A stretch of DNA of 64,000 nucleotides from Perna viridis. Lineage: Eukaryota. Under the pieces are notes generated by a model that saw nothing but the letters and a program-made list of their open reading frames with translations, was not told the DNA's origin and ran no database searches. Made by a program: the position numbers and the translations under genes. The DNA lies in NCBI GenBank assembly GCA_037379345.1, contig CM074520.1, positions 14,859,488 through 14,923,487 of the forward strand, given 5' to 3'. Below are positions 1-11,779 of the stretch, piece by piece (the first letter of the stretch is position 1; every line of letters begins with the position of its first letter).

Positions 1-149
1 GACAGCAATGACTTAACAAGGGCTGCAACAGTTTGGAGAAAGATCAGTAACAGAAGAATACACCAACCCAGAAGGCAGAGACAATTAGCCAAATCAAGTG
101 TACCATACTGACTTTTGGTGCTCTTGATAGTGTATTCACTATTGTACAT
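1..149 (-). CDS. Possible N-terminus of a secreted or membrane-anchored protein running off the window edge
   Basis: ATG at 149 opens MYNSEYTIKSTKSQYGTLDLANCLCLLGWCILLLLIFLQTVAALVKSLL.. with no stop to position 1; signal-peptide-like hydrophobic stretch; same strand as the putative promoter at ~2800; no homology recognised. Confidence 0.3.
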   Translation of the reverse strand, partial: MYNSEYTIKSTKSQYGTLDLANCLCLLGWCILLLLIFLQTVAALVKSLL

Positions 150-639
150 GATATAGTGTTCTTAAGTTGTTATACTTTCATAACCCTTTATAACTTCAAT
201 TCAGTAAGCTACATTTGTAACTACTATACATTATATATAACACATGTTCAATATGTTCAATTCATGTAATTTTAATATTGGCCAAAACCACGTATTGTAA
301 CTGTGTTAGAGCTAAATAAAATATTTGTATTTGTACATTGTATACATGTATATGTACATTAATAAACAAATTATATTTGATTTCCATGTTGTATTCTATA
401 ATTTCCAACAATGAAAGAGAGATAACACGACACATCAACATTGCACACAAAAATAAAATCTGAAACCATTATCCCCCACCCTTGATTTTTAACATGTGGT
501 GATCCTTGTATTGTGAACCAATGAGGATAATAAATTTAATAAATGCTGCTGGCTTAGCACAAATGCCTTTCAGAACAAGAACTTTTCCTAATTTTGAGCA
601 GGGTATTTGGCTTCATGACCTTCCTGGGTCAGGATCATG

Positions 640-653
640 ATACCCCACCCTAC

Positions 654-699
<46 letters not shown>

Positions 700-1458
700 G
701 GGGGGGGGGGGGGGCGCAGGTATATAGGAATCACCCTGTCTGTTTGTCCATCTGGTCATCTGTCCATACACATTCCTTGAAAGAGCAACTCCTCCTAAAC
801 TGTTCAAGGAATTTAGATGAAATTTTATAGGAAGGTTGGGTATCATATGTAGATGTGCATGAAGGCTTAGAATAACTGTCAGAGGACATCAAAGGGAGAT
901 ATTCCAAATAACGGGTTTTAGATGTTAAAACCTTGTAAGCACAATACCTCTTAAAACCGCTCAAGGGATTTTGATGTTATTTTATAGGAAGGTTTGATAA
1001 GATATAGAGATCTGTAATGTAGGAATATAATTACAATTGGATAACTCCTAAGGGAGATAATTCAATACAGGGTTTTACATGTTTAAAAAACCTTGTAAGC
1101 GCAACTGCCCCTTTACTACTCAAGGGACTTCGATGTTATTTTATAGAAAGGTTGGGCATCACATATTGATGTGCATGAAGAAACATAATTACTGTTTAAG
1201 GACTCTAAAGGGAAATAATCCATATTACCTAAGGGCTTTACATGTTAAAACCTTGAAGCACAACTCCTCCTGAAACCGCTCAAGGAATTTTGATAATATT
1301 TTATTTGAAGGTTGAGTATCATATGTAGATGTGTATGAAGGAATATAATTACTGTTGAAGGAGTCCAAAGGGAGATCATCCAAATTGATGGTCTTACATT
1401 TAAGTCTAACTGAAGCAGGTATTATGGTCTTTGTGAGCTTGCTCTCAGTATTTCTAGT
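640..1458 (+). mobile_element. Non-autonomous Helentron/HINE-like element with ~160-bp internal tandem units
   Basis: GTCY-type microsatellite near 5' end, GCAGGTAT near both ends, four units (GCAACTCCTCC...) at ~785, 940, 1100, 1259. Confidence 0.7.
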
Positions 1459-2514
1459 ACATCCAGGTTGACCCATCGGAACATACATTTAATTTATTTT
1501 TATTTTCTTCACTGTAAACCTGCTACACTATATAGATTACTACTGTCACTCCTTCAAATATTGACCTTTGACTGAAATTTTTTGACAAAAAGTTCCTCAA
1601 TGATTAGTTTTCTGTGACTGCTTTTTAAATTAAATGTAAAAATGCACATCACAACATAAACATTTAGAAACTATTACACAGGGTACACATTAGATTTATA
1701 ATAACATGCATGGATGCAGTATGTACAAAACTCTTAGTTAATCACTTGTTATTTTTTTTATTTTACTATTTCTAACATTGAATCTATGGGCGAAACATTC
1801 CGACATTAACAGTGTTTATTGAAACATGACAGAAAAACTTATGGCTGAGTTATTGGTTCACTATTTTTAGCTAAAAATAGGGAGTGAATTAGGAAACACA
1901 TCTTTTTCAATATGGCCTTACTATTAGATTTCATAGGGGTGGGGGAGGTTACAAATTTTCTGTGTTTAGATTATTTAGTTCCAGGACAAAACATTTATTT
2001 TAGAGCAGGAAGGCCGGAATATCATGAATGCACTCTTAAGTCAATGCCATAAAGTTCTTATTTATAATGAATTGTTTTTATTGGTTCATAAAATTGTCTG
2101 ACAAACTCATTGTTTTCTCCTAAAAACTACGATTAGAAACCTGTTTGCAGTAAGTTCAACTGCTGCCTTAACCAATTGCTAATTTTGCTTGAATGAGGAT
2201 AAAACCTATTCAAATACATTAAACACTGGCCACATACCATGACTCAAACGTTTGCCTATAAATTGAGTATAATGAGAGTTCAACAGATCGTCAAAAGGAT
2301 CACAGTGACAGTTCATGTTAAACATATTAAAATGCTAGATACATGTATGTTCATGTGATACACGAATTTAACATCTGTGTTTAAACTGGGAAAGTGTACC
2401 AACAACATGTCTGGATTGGACTGACACCTGTTTTAGTGTGTTTCTATGGAAACCTATCTAAACATATTATTCTTATTTGAAAACCCTTAAATGACAAAAC
2501 GAAAAGGGACTTAC

Positions 2515-2800
2515 ATTTCACGTTTCATTCCTAATGAATATGGCGACTTTCACCAGCCGACTGTTGAACCTTGAATCGAACGACCTTGATCTCAGCTACC
2601 GTCTGTGACCTTTGGACGCGTGACCCCGAACATCAACCTTGATACCACCTTCGTACAGTGCGAGCAGTCAATCATTGCAGATCTATTATATCCGAGATAC
2701 ATTATTATTAATTGCACATATTCTTCTAATTCATTCATATCGTAATTTAAAACGAAATGTACCGTTTGCAAAAATGTAAACAAATATCCCGGAAGTTTGA
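2515..2800 (-). promoter_or_regulatory. Probable promoter and first (mostly non-coding) exon of a leftward-transcribed gene
   Basis: Local CpG enrichment, ETS motif CCGGAAGT ~2789-2796, TGTAAACAAA ~2775, strong minus-strand donor AT|GTAAGT at 2514. Confidence 0.55.
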
Positions 2801-3183
2801 TGTAGGCGGTTAAACAATTTACAAAATCGGTCAGGGGGTTTTAACGAAACGAACAAAAAGTTTATGAATGTTCAGTAATAAACAATGAAAAAAATAGAGA
2901 ACTCATAAATTTTTTGAAAAGTTGAAAGTTTTAAGGTAACCCATTTAATATTTTCATGTAAGAAAGGGGAGGATGAGCCCCTGGACCCACTTTAGATATT
3001 ACTGTATACATCGGATAAGAATAATGCAAAATGTGATGAATACATGACTGGAAAGTCTACATATTTTTGTTTTCGATATTTTTTTAAAATGTTATAGTAA
3101 ACAGAAAGTAGCATGGGACTTTTCACATAACCCTTGTTTTTTTTATATAGAATGTGCCGTAGAATTAAAAAATAAAGGAGATT

Positions 3184-4169
3184 TAAGGAGATGACCATTA
3201 GATTCTCAGTGAGGAGGCAAATTTTTTTTTTCAGAAATTTTATTTCCAGCCTGGTGCAAGTTAGATTATTTATTTTTATCATAACCTTGGCAAGATTATC
3301 TATTTTCATACTATAAAAGGGTCTATTTTTTTCTATCAAAATTTAGTAAAGTAATAAATGTGCATATCTGTTACCAAAATATGTGGTTCGGATTCTAATA
3401 CATGTATCACAGCATTTGTTACTTTTATGTTTATTATTAAAGACATTATTAAATGGAGTTCATTCTCTATATTACAAGACTTAGTCTGAACTTTATCCGA
3501 CTGGTGGCATTCCTGGACCTGAAATATGTCCCAAATTTAGCGGGAAATATTGCAAGGGACTTTTTAGGGGACAGACTGGCATATGTATGTATATGAATGA
3601 AATATACATTAACAATTGCAATATTCAACTACACATTACCCCAGTAAAGCCATTTATGTCATTTTTGTATTTAATATTGCTCCTGGTGACTATTAGGGCA
3701 GAGTTTTCACTATTTTTTCTCCTAAAAGGTCAAATAAAAATTTGAACAGGACAAATTTATTAATTCTTAATTAAATGATATGTAATTTTTCCACTTGAAC
3801 TGGCCAGACAGGTGTTTAAAGCATTCAAATTGCCCTCCAGCCTGTTCCTAATGAAAACACTGTTAGGGTGTTATATTAAACTTGTGGTGTCAGTATTTAA
3901 ACATGTATAATTTTCTAATTTATGAAACTATGGCGAGCATAGCGAGCAAAATTTTTTTTCAAGGTTTTGCACAGGTCAGAATATTTATTATCAATTTATT
4001 AGCCAAGGTCAGAATATTTATTTTCTAACAATTTGGAAAGTTGCACTATTTATTTTCTGGATGATGAGGTCAGATTATTTATTTCCTACATAATCAGAAA
4101 CAGATTATTTATTTTCAAAATCTGCTAGCCTACCCACCTCCCTGTAGGAATCTAATGGGCGTCCCCTAA
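3184..4169. mobile_element. TIR element (MITE), possibly with nested insertion
   Basis: TTAAGGAGATGACCATTAGATTC at 3184 vs GAATCTAATGGGCGTCCCCTAA ending 4169; similar termini at 39075-39325. Confidence 0.55.
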
Positions 4170-4277
4170 CTCTGTAAATGATACTAAAATGCAATTGATA
4201 AGATCAAATTTGAAATAAAAAGGCAGCATGATGATGTATGGTTAAAATAAAATTCATGATGAACAATTGGGTAAAAT

Positions 4278-5640
4278 AACTAGAAGCTCTAGAGAGCCTG
4301 AATTGCTCACCTGGTCTAAATTATAGCTTTCTAAAGCTGGACTCTTGACCTTATTGTACTATTGTCACAGGAACCATTTAATCAATACAGAGCATTGTAG
4401 TTATCAACTCGGTTTTCATATTATTAAATAAACCTCTAATAATATTTTTTTCACTCTTCAAGGGCAAAACTCTAACAAAGAGCAACAGTCATCTTTATGA
4501 AAATTTCAACATAGGTTGGTCTCACCATGATGATAAATTTTTCCCCTTGAAAAGTAGGCTAAACTTTTCAGTTTTCAAGAAATTTCAAAAAGTTGTCAAT
4601 TTTTAGTAGTGGTGGCCAAATTTTCGACAGATAAAAAATTGTTAAGGTTATCCTAACAAACATTCATACTATGTTATTTACAATCCATCCTACAACCTTC
4701 TAAGAGAAAATTTAAAACAAAAATCCATTGCAGGACCCATTACTCATTCATTCGTCAACAGATTATCCTGAAAAATTCAGCACAGGTCAATCCCATCATG
4801 CTGAACAACTTTACACCCTGCCAGATTTTAGCTAAACCAACGTGTTTTCGAGTTATTTTCATAATTCTGCAGTTTAATTCCTATGGTCTATTTTTTATAA
4901 ATGGTGGCCATGTTTTTCACAAGATCACAAATCCCAACACACAGATTGTTAAACATGTTCTACATAACATTTAAGCAAAGTTTTGTTCTAATCCACCCAG
5001 TAGTTTTAGAGAAGATTTTTCAAGTTGGAAATATAAAATTTGGGAAAAAATCTATTTCAGGACCCATAACTAATTCATTCATCAACCAACCTTTCTGAAA
5101 ATTTCAGCATAGGTCGATCTGATCATGCTGAACAATTTTACTACCTACAAGATTGTAGCTAAACCCAACAGTTTTTCTGTTATTTGCATAATTCTGCAAA
5201 TGACCCTTGTGGTCTATTTTTAGTAACAGTGGCCATGATGTTTGTCAGATGACATAATTTGTCAGAGGACCCATAACTCATTCAGTCATCAACAGATCTT
5301 CCTGAAAATTTCAAAATAGGTCAATCCCATCAAGCGGAACAATTTTACTCCCTCATCAGATTTTAGCTAAACTCAACTGTTTTCGAGTTATTTGCATAAT
5401 TCTGGAATTTGACCCCTATGGTCTGTTTTTAGTGACAGCGGCCATGTTTTTGGCCGGTTCAAAAATTCCCATGCAGGCATTGTTAAAAATACCCTAAGAA
5501 ACATTTATGCAAAGTTAAGTTACAATCTGTTGAGTAGTTTCAGAGGAAAGATGTTTGAAAAAGTTTACGGATGACGATGATGGACACATATACTATGATG
5601 GCAGTAGCTCACATTGCTCTTTGGCCAGGTGGGCTTAAAA
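4278..5640 (-). mobile_element. Non-autonomous Helentron/HINE-like element
   Basis: Terminal GCTCACCTGG / CCAGGTGGGC inverted motifs, GACGATGATGGAC microsatellite, internal repeats GGACCCATWACT at ~4732, 5060, 5267. Confidence 0.7.
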
Positions 5641-7069
5641 GGCAGGATGCCAATGGTAGAAAAAAATCAAATTCTGGATTGAAAAAAAAAATCCAGGACA
5701 GGCTAGAATAAAAAATAAAAAGTCAGGTCAGTAATTATACCGAAAATTTCAGGACACAAAATTTTATCCTTATTCCGAATTTCAATTTTTTAAAAAAATT
5801 CCAATCATGGTCCCTCATGGGGCATTTACATTCTACATTAATATCAATCAGATGACTACACACTAATATAATATAGAGACATAACATGTTATATGGTTTT
5901 CATGTAGCACAATAGAAGTATAGTTTTTATATTTGTAGTCCAGGCAATATGAGATGTCTTACAATAGAGAAAATATGTTGTTTTAAGTTGAGAGAATGAA
6001 GTTGTAGTTTTTTCAACATTAAATTTATCCAGTGACGAGAAGCAGAATTCTAGCTGTCTTAGATAGTCATTATTGTTTTCCTTTTTTCTTTTCATGTGTA
6101 ATCAAAGGACTTTTGTGAGAGTATTGTCAGTTTACATTAGAATCATTATATTCCTTCTTGTATACTATGTCGACTGAAAAGACTCATTTGCTCATACTAT
6201 AAAACAAAACATTTTTAAATAGGAACGTAGTTAAAGATATGCGACAGTGGACACAAGGGAAGGTTCTCTAGGATATGCATGATTTGTGCTGTCCTCCTCG
6301 TGTCCAATATAGACCAACAAGACATGTCATAATTGAAGTGTATAAATCTTTGTCTACCAATTGTTTGGTTGTACTGTCTGTCTGCAGGGGATATTGGGGG
6401 ACAGTGGTTAAGGATATGCATGTTATCAATCAAAACATTGCATTTCTCATGTCCCCTACAGACATACAAGCCCCGAAATACCTTTGTATATATTAGTGGG
6501 GAACAAACATGTAGTTGGCAGGTTGAAAATATCTCTTTACTATCCATGATTACTGTTTTTAAAATTGAAAAAGTGGTTCAATAGTTATCATATTTTGCAA
6601 TAAATTCTCCCAATATTTTTAGTATTCCTGCACTTTCACATGACAGCCAACAAATGTTTGTTCAATATTTAGATCAGCAAAGTTGGAGCACCGATCTGTT
6701 ATGGTATTTAATAAAATATATGTTTAATCTTTATATGGAACTGTCTTGAACAATTTGTGTTCACTAACTTAAAAAAAATAATAGAAAGATAAAATAGAAA
6801 TGAGAATAACTGCTTAATAAAATATGTAAAATTTAATTATGGATGAATGAGCAAAAAAGGTACTGACACCATTAAATTTTGCCCTAAAAAATTCCTAATT
6901 TTTTCCCATGAAGGCTAGTGATGATCTTTCATTAATAGTAATGGGCTCTATTGAAATCAGAAAGATCAAGTCTTTTAAAAAAATGTTCAATTATTAAGAG
7001 AATGGATAACTTCTTGTTTAAGATCTATATAATGTGCAGGGAAAAGTCAAGGATCAGTTGTTTTCTTTA

Positions 7070-7258
7070 GTGCATGTAGTATATTTTAGTTCAGTTCATT
7101 TTACCGATAAGACGATTAAAATCTTGTCTCAACAAAATTTGTATTTTTATACTGCTTTCAAGTGCATGTAGTATATTTTAGTTCAGTTCATTTTACCGAT
7201 AAGACGATTAAAATCTTGTCTCAACAAAATTTGTATTTTTATACTGCTTTCAAGTGCA
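7070..7258. repeat. Near-perfect ~92-bp tandem duplication
   Basis: GTGCATGTAGTATATTTTAGTTCAGTTCATTTTACCGATAAGACG...TACTGCTTTCAA twice in tandem. Confidence 0.95.
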
Positions 7259-7340
7259 TCTTGCAAAGTTGTATTTAAGAGACAGTCCATGTAGAAAATA
7301 GGCAGCTCCTTTGATAAATGTGTGACACATGTTAAATTTA

Positions 7341-7875
7341 ATTTTATTGTCCCCTGCGGGCGTCCGTCCGCGTTTTCCGCATTGTTTTTGTCATGCTTTT
7401 TCCAAATAAGTTTGTTTTTGGTATGTGGCCTTATTATGAAGAGTTATAGATTAAGTTTGAGTTTGATTATGGTTGAATGATTTTTATGGAAGTTACGGCC
7501 CTTGGACTTAGAAAATTTCAGTGAATTTACAGTTTTGTGCACTTTTTTTGGTAGTGCTTTCACCTATCGATTTTATCTTTTGTATGTAGTCTTACTATGA
7601 GAAGTTGCAGATAAACTTCGACTTTGGTTACAGTCGAATAATTTTTATGGAAGTTACAGCTCTTGGACTTACAAAATTTCAGTGAATTTACAGTTTTGTG
7701 CACTTTTTTTGTAGTGCCTTCACCAATTGATTTTATATTTTGTATGTAGTCTATGAGAAGTTACAGATTACATTCAACTCTGGTTACGGTTGAATGATTT
7801 TTACGGAAGTTAGTTCAGTGAATTAAAAGTTTTTCGCCATTTTTTTCACGGGGGTCATTGGAACACAGTTCTTTT
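7341..7875 (+). mobile_element. HINE-like element, same family as 38275-38700
   Basis: GGCGTCCGTCCG start, ~160-bp units (GGAAGTTAC...TTCAGTGAATT) at ~7488, 7649, 7806, end GGGGGTCATTGGAACACAGTTCTT. Confidence 0.75.
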
Positions 7876-10800
7876 ATTCCACAGAATTTTTTGTTCCAAT
7901 GTAATGTTCATATCATATGTATGTCATGTAGTGACAAAATTCATTTAAAAAAACAACAATGGATGACTCAGAAAATGATTTTAAAGTTTAAAGATAGCAA
8001 CAAAATTGTACACAAAATAAAAGAAATATCTCCCTTTTTTAATGAATTTCAATGCTTTATATGCAATTTATTTCTCTTAAATCATTGCAGTTAATCAAAA
8101 ACCAACATTCAGATTTGAGAGGGGATGCATTTGCGATATGAAATGGATGAATAATTTTTTTAAATAAAATTTGTCATGTGCCACCCGATACCTGGGTTTT
8201 GCATGGACACCCTTGTAAGTATACATATCCTACATCCAAATGACATCTTACATACTACATTTTTTTATCTTTTACTTTCTTTTAAGATATATTTTGACAA
8301 AATCCATATATGGCCGAATTTCAGAATTTTTACTCTAAAAAGACTTTTCAAGGGGAGATAATTGCTGGGAACATGGTCATATTGTTTAAGAAACACTTTA
8401 CCAAATAAATGTACTTATTTCTCTACTTCTTTGAAGTTTAAAACAGACTTGATTTTACAATCTCAATGATAACATCAAACTTTGGTGGTAAATAATTGTA
8501 TGGGAAATACCAGTAATGAAAAAGTAATACTTCAGATTTAAATTGGAAACAAAATTATGCAAAGGTCATGTGCACAGTTATAAATAAAGAAAAGTATGAA
8601 GATTAAAACATTTTAATTCATAATATGTGGAATGATTATACAGCCAAAATCACAGGTACTTGGGGTCAGGAATTTTTTTTTTATTTTTCAAGAAATGTTT
8701 TGGGTTAAAAAGAAAAAAATTACAAAATCATGTGTATATGGATACCAGCCAACTCACATATATCAGAAAACTTCTTATGGATAGTATAAGTGCAATATTT
8801 GTTGTTAAAACTCATGATGTCGTAATTTTTTTCTTTCTAAAAAAAAATCCCAAACCCAAGTACCTGTGGTCAAAATAATAAACATTTATCTTTTACAAAT
8901 AAAAATGCATTCAACACTATTGCCAGGAATCTCTTAATAGAAAAGAAAGTAACAACCTAATGTATCCAAATACATGTGCTATAAGTTCAGACGAAAAGAA
9001 TGAGTCCACACATTACCCTATGCACAGATTGACAATACACAAAAAGAAGTGAAAAAAAAAACATACACAGTAAAAATCTGGTCACACATGTGCACCAAAC
9101 TTTATGATGATATAACAAATCTTCGAAAAAGAAAAGTTCAAAACAATAATAAATCAAATTCTATATTGAAGCAGTAATGAAAAAGTTGGCAACTGTTACA
9201 CACCTCCTGGCCACAACTCAAACATTACTCAAGTGATGTATATTGCACTATAATCATGAAGTATACATTTTCTTACAAAATCAGATTAATATAGGTCAAC
9301 TGAAAATACTCTGTTTTGGAAAAGATATAAGGGAACATTCATGCTTTATAGTCTAAAAATAATGCTTATAGCAAATACATGTAAAAGTGGGAACTATATA
9401 TAGTTTGTACTGTGTCAAATTCTGAAGAAAACAAATATACAGGTAGCATAAATGACTTACAGCCTTCAGAAATGTTAACAGCAAATCCATAGAAAACTGG
9501 AATAAAATTACTTATACCGCAGTACCTTGAAAATTCTTCATATCAAATGCTATATTAAAAATGTCCCTACTTGTCAACAAATTATAATACACTATACTTA
9601 GATATTCATACAGTCAGTTTATCATTTGGATAGTAGTATCAATCCACCAATCACAGAATTTGAAATTCATGTTGAAAATAGAGATAAAATACGAAAAAAA
9701 TCTATGTAAAGGATAATCAATTGGGTATTGTGAATAATCAAAATATCATCACTGCCAACAATGCTTCAAGATTTAACTTGTATGCAGAACAAGTTCTGCC
9801 CACAAGTTCATGTTTTTGAATTTGGGTGTTCTTCAGCATGGTTATTCACACTTTCCAAATAGTTATCCTAATGTTATCTATTTTTATGGTAAATAATATA
9901 CTAATTTTAAAATGAGTATGTTATTTACCATAAATTAGTAAATTTTTGTTCACTGATACTTCTTTAATCAGAGGTTAATATTAAAATTTCAAATCAAAGG
10001 AAAAGAGGTAACCATTTTTTTTTTCATTCTTAGTACAGAAAGACGAAATAGTTGATTAAAATAATACACAAATAGTGAGCACTGTAGTGCAGATGAGAAT
10101 ACAAATAAAAAACAACGAAGACAAAGATGCACTGACCTAACATTGATTGTAACATGCAATGACAGTACGGGCTAACAAGTCTGTATTCAGTAAATCAATT
10201 AATAGCCAACAAGTAAGAAATGAAATTGTTCTGAAGATATAAAGTATTTATATTTATATTTAGGTCTTGTTCCATATTATAATAAAGTACTACTTATTTG
10301 ACAGTTGATTTCCAACAGAAAACTAAGCTAAAATCTTTATTTTGAGTGTTAACTCCAATACACAGCACCACTGAACTCCTGTTCACAAGTTTAACCAGAA
10401 TTCACAACACTATTGTCTCTATGCACCATTTTCAAAACATAAGAGTTACCTCTCATTCACATGATTTGACTTTCACTGGAGCAGATATCTTGTATGGATA
10501 AGTCGCAAAAAACACTTTTTGTTTTACAAAGATATATCAGACTACGTTAAGGCCATCATAAATAAATTCCTAAATTCACATCCAACATTTTTCAAAATTA
10601 GGGGTGGACAGGCGAGTTTTAGTTTTATATTTTTTTAAAGTGAAAATGATACCAATTTGAAAGAAATTTATCTAAATTGGGGAAAAAATCGAAACAAAAT
10701 TTTTCTGGGAGGGTGAAAATACTGAAACAGGAGGGGATGAGAATCTAGGATATTTTTTTATTTTGGCCGAAGTCTGTCAAACTCTTGTTTTGGTCATCAG

Positions 10801-11662
10801 AACATTGACAATCCTGGATCTCATTACCATTCACATATGTCTTTAAACAGTTTATGGTAAGACCAATACAAAACATGCTAAAACAATATTAACAATGTAG
10901 ATTTAACAAGAAGAAACCATAGGCCAAACAAATATAACTTCTTGGACTGCAGGCCTGCCCTCATTTTTTAGGGGGCATAAGTACTATATACATGTATATC
11001 AATGAAATAAATACAAAAATTCTAACAAGCACCCCCATCCCTTTTTAGGAAAATAAAATTGCTGACCAATGAAAATTGGCCTGAGAACCAAGATAATGGT
11101 TTTCAATCACCTTAAAAATCTCTTTTAAGTTTCTAAAAATAGATTTAAGAGCCTAAAAACAGACATCAACACATTTCCAAAGCAATGATAAGTAGCATTT
11201 AAAGGAAATATTTTCAAAACAATAATACCATTGTGAAATTTAGCTGAAATTTGGGGAAGAGTTCTTCAAAGTTAAAATCATAAGGCAAAATTATCTGGGT
11301 TGCTTCTTAGATCTAACATCAGCTTTCAAGTTCAACATAATTTAACAACTGTTTCACTCATACATACAAAGGTAATTGATTCAATTTGTATAAAATAGAG
11401 GAAATTAATATTAAGAAATGTTGTAACACTTACGACCTGAAGTTTTTTGTAATGCCCAGTATTAGACACATTGCTTGAATATAAAAACAGGAGTGCAAAA
11501 AAGGCCTATTCAGTTAGTTTTCTTTGTAGTCTACTACACAGTAATACTCTGACTAATTCTCAAATGGTGACTAAGTCTATTTGCAAGAAAAGATGTAACA
11601 AACTAAATCTGTTGTATTTTTTGATAAATATTTTGGCACGTGATAGAATAAAGTAGCTTGTA

Positions 11663-11779
11663 TCAAGATTTCTGTTTTAGTTTGGCCATTAAACCTGCAT
11701 TCTCTTTCTTCATTTGTTGGTAATCAGATGTTATCTTCTCTAAGTTTGTTAACACTTTACTCTTGCTCTCATGTTCAAT
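11663..11779 (-). CDS. CCDC22: CCDC22 exon 16 (last coding exon)
   Basis: IEHESKSKVLTNLEKITSDYQQMKKENAGLMAKLKQKS*, TGA at 11665-11663. Confidence 0.94.
   Translation of the reverse strand: MEHESKSKVLTNLEKITSDYQQMKKENAGLMAKLKQKS

Noticed and set aside
1-111. Plus-strand open frame DSNDLTRAATVWRK...SVPY*
   Set aside because: Short, no recognisable homology; the minus-strand frame is the better candidate.
594-964. ORFs with poly-F/G or poly-K/P
   Set aside because: Translations of T and G homopolymer runs inside a repeat element.
2592-2783. Antizyme-like frameshift or selenocysteine readthrough at AGC TGA
   Set aside because: Not the antizyme TCC TGA context; readthrough and shifted frames all stop before the donor.
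6215-6584. Three overlapping ORFs of 73-110 aa
   Set aside because: No recognisable motifs or splice context; locally higher GC with an internal GGGGAC/GTCCCC inverted motif suggests a repeat remnant.
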